From assembly GCA_951406725.2 (NCBI GenBank), contig OX597818.1, positions 84,940,001 through 85,004,000 on the forward strand: a stretch of 64,000 nucleotides of DNA. Direction: 5' to 3'. Positions 59,545-64,000 of the stretch are shown piece by piece; positions within the stretch are counted from its first letter, which is position 1; each line of letters opens with the position of its first letter. Under the pieces are notes generated by a model that saw only the letters and a program-made list of their open reading frames with translations, was not told the DNA's origin and ran no database searches. This stretch comes from Octopus vulgaris (lineage: Eukaryota). The position numbers and the translations under genes are program-made.

Positions 59545-59825
59545 TGTGTGTGTGTAGCTACCTGGGATGTTAAATTTATTCGTACTTATTTGTATTTGAT
59601 TGTTTGATATGGTTTACCAAATTCGTTTAACACAGTAATTTACAGATACGTGTCTGGATTTATTAATCCCCTTTATTTCTTCTTCTTCTTCTTTCTTCTT
59701 CTTCTTCTTCTTCTTCTTCTTCTTCTTCTTCTTCTTCTTCTTCTTCTTCTTCTTCTGCTTCTGCTTCTTCTTCTTCTCCTCCTACTTCTCCTCCTCCTCG
59801 TCTTCCTCCTCCTCCTTCTTTTTCT

Positions 59826-60009
59826 TCTGGCAGAATCCTTAGCACGCCGAGCAGCATTTCGACCGTCTTTACGTTCCGTGTTCAAAGTCCGCCGCAGTCG
59901 ACTTTGCCCTTCATCCTTTCAGGGTCGATGAAATAAGTTGAGTAGTGGGGTCGATGTAATCGACTATCACCTCCCCCAAACTTCAGGCCCTGTGCCTACA
60001 GTAGAAAGG

Positions 60010-60010
<1 letters not shown>
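59826..60010 (+). mobile_element. Family A SINE (others at ~61870-62010 plus strand, ~62190-62360 minus strand)
   Basis: ctggcagaatccttagcacgccg ... core ... gtagaaagga. Confidence 0.8.
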
Positions 60011-60077
<67 letters not shown>

Positions 60078-60082
60078 CATCA

Positions 60083-60123
<41 letters not shown>

Positions 60124-60318
60124 AGCAAGAATGGCTATTGTTCAATGACTGAGGCAAAATAAAACATAAAGACATACATACATACATACATACATGCATG
60201 CATGCATACATACACATACACAGAACACACACACATAAATATATATATACATATGTATATATATTTATGTATATGCGTGTGTGTGTGTACGGACAGACAG
60301 ACAAGCAGACAGATAAAC

Positions 60319-60407
<89 letters not shown>

Positions 60408-60730
60408 CCCCTTTTGGTCATGAATGACTATGGTATTGCACCTAGAAAGTTACCCTCCGAGGCACATATACGGGCAAGGTTGTTTTTATGGAAGACCAGC
60501 AGTCGCTCATGGTTATCAGCCTCCCTTCTCCACGCCACCGATGTTATCCAAGGGAAAGGCAAAGGGCGATTCAGCCTGGCACCATTGACGTCGCAACTCA
60601 TTTCTACAGCTAAGTGAACTGGAGCAACGTGAAATAAAGTGTTTTGCTCAAGAACACAACACACAGCCCGGTCCGGGAAATGAACTCACTATTTCATGAT
60701 TATGAGTCCGACTCTCTATCCACTGAGCCA
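60408..60730 (-). mobile_element. Family C SINE
   Basis: Aligns with 3080-3406. Confidence 0.88.
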
Positions 60731-61186
60731 TAACACATTTAACTCCTTGTTCAGTGTACCTTATATAAAAAAAAAATTAATTGAAAAAATTTATTATAGA
60801 GTATGATTTTAACAATATGCGGCTGCTATTTCTAGTATGTCTAATATCCATAAGACACTCCATCGTTGGTTTGAATTACAAATCATTATGGTTGTTTGTC
60901 TTTGCATCCACATTGTTTAAATAGTTGCGTGGGGTGTTTTTATGCCGTCTAAGCGGTACGGCTATCAAAGACTAATTTGTTTTGAGGAAAATATACAGTA
61001 AATATCTTCCATTCAATTGTAGATAAATCCTTAAACAATCTAGAAGAGTAATTGTCAGAATATATTTAATGCAATTGTCTTAGTCATATAACACTCTTTC
61101 GTTTGTCCGCTATTCGTGAACATGCGAAACTTTTATAGTCCGAAGTAATTTCTGAAAAGACGCAATGACATACGCATACTCAGTTA

Positions 61187-61218
<32 letters not shown>

Positions 61219-62100
61219 ATACTTGTGTGCGTATCTGTCGTCGTGTGTGTGTGTGTGTGTAAGCGAATAAGTATGTATCTATCGTCGTGTGTGTGTGTGT
61301 ATAAGTAAATGAGTGTGGCTCTATCGCCGTGTCGGTCTTCGTGCATGCTTGTGTGTATACTTGTATATATGTTTGCGTGTGCATGCGTGCGTGTATATTT
61401 GCATGTGTGTGTATGTGTGTGCGTGTGTGCTTGCGAGTGTGAGTGTGTGTTGCGTGTGTGTGTGTGTATGTCTTTGCCTTACTGTTTAAGGTGAAGCTCA
61501 TTACTAAATCTACAAATACATACTCACACCCTCTGTCTGTCCGTCTCTCTCTCCCTATCTCTTTCTCTCTCACTCTTCACTGTCTTCCTCTCTCTCTCTC
61601 ACTGCGACCAACTTTGTAATTCTAGCTTTTTGTTTTAGTTCCTGACATTGTTTACTTGGCTCGTTTCCTCTCATTGTTGTCTGTTCCATTTTGATGACAC
61701 AGTACAGTAGTAGTAGTAGTAGTAGTGGTGGTGGTGGTGGTGGTGGTGGTGGTGGTGGCGGCGGCGGTGACGGCGGTGGTGGTGGCCCTCGTCATAGTCT
61801 TGGTGATGGGGGGGGGGGGTGATGGTGGTGGCGGTGATGGTGGTGGCAGTGCTGATAGCGGCGGTAATGGACTTTGCCTTTCATCCTTTCGGGGTCGATA
61901 AATTAAGTACCAGTTCCGCACTGGGGTCGATGTAATCGACTTAATCCATTTGTCTGTCATTGTTTGTCCCCTCTATGTTTAGCCCCTTGTGGGTAATAAA
62001 GAAATAGGTAATGATGACGGCGTTGGTGATGAGGATAGCAGTGGTGGTGGTGGTGGTGGTGATGGTGATAGTGGTGATGGTAGCAGTGGTGATGGTAGTA

Positions 62101-64000
<1,900 letters not shown>

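Overview
Eukaryotic, AT-rich, microsatellite-saturated non-coding DNA (large intron or intergenic). The SINE families and repeat make-up look like a coleoid cephalopod, most likely Octopus (inference). No intact host gene is evident, and nearly all listed ORFs are translations of simple repeats. Supported content: a near full-length but broken Penelope-like element (RT + GIY-YIG) with three further 3' copies; a 5'-truncated R4/Dong-type RLE LINE embedded in (AAT)n and other RLE fragments; APE-type LINE remnants; a complete but frameshifted mariner; Tc1, pogo and hAT derivatives; three tRNA-derived SINE families; three copies of a ~556-bp (AAT)n-embedded element; and local duplications. Best leads: (1) a minimal hammerhead-ribozyme motif in four Penelope termini, always with a non-canonical CUG-U-N-GA core; (2) a 915-bp Helitron inserted exactly at A|T in a mariner remnant, carrying an internal inverted repeat with octamer/CCAAT cassettes; (3) the 556-bp element and a self-templated rearrangement in its third copy; (4) a 104-bp near-perfect foldback; (5) a candidate 24-nt microexon. 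Everything was read by eye, so boundaries of degenerate repeats are approximate.
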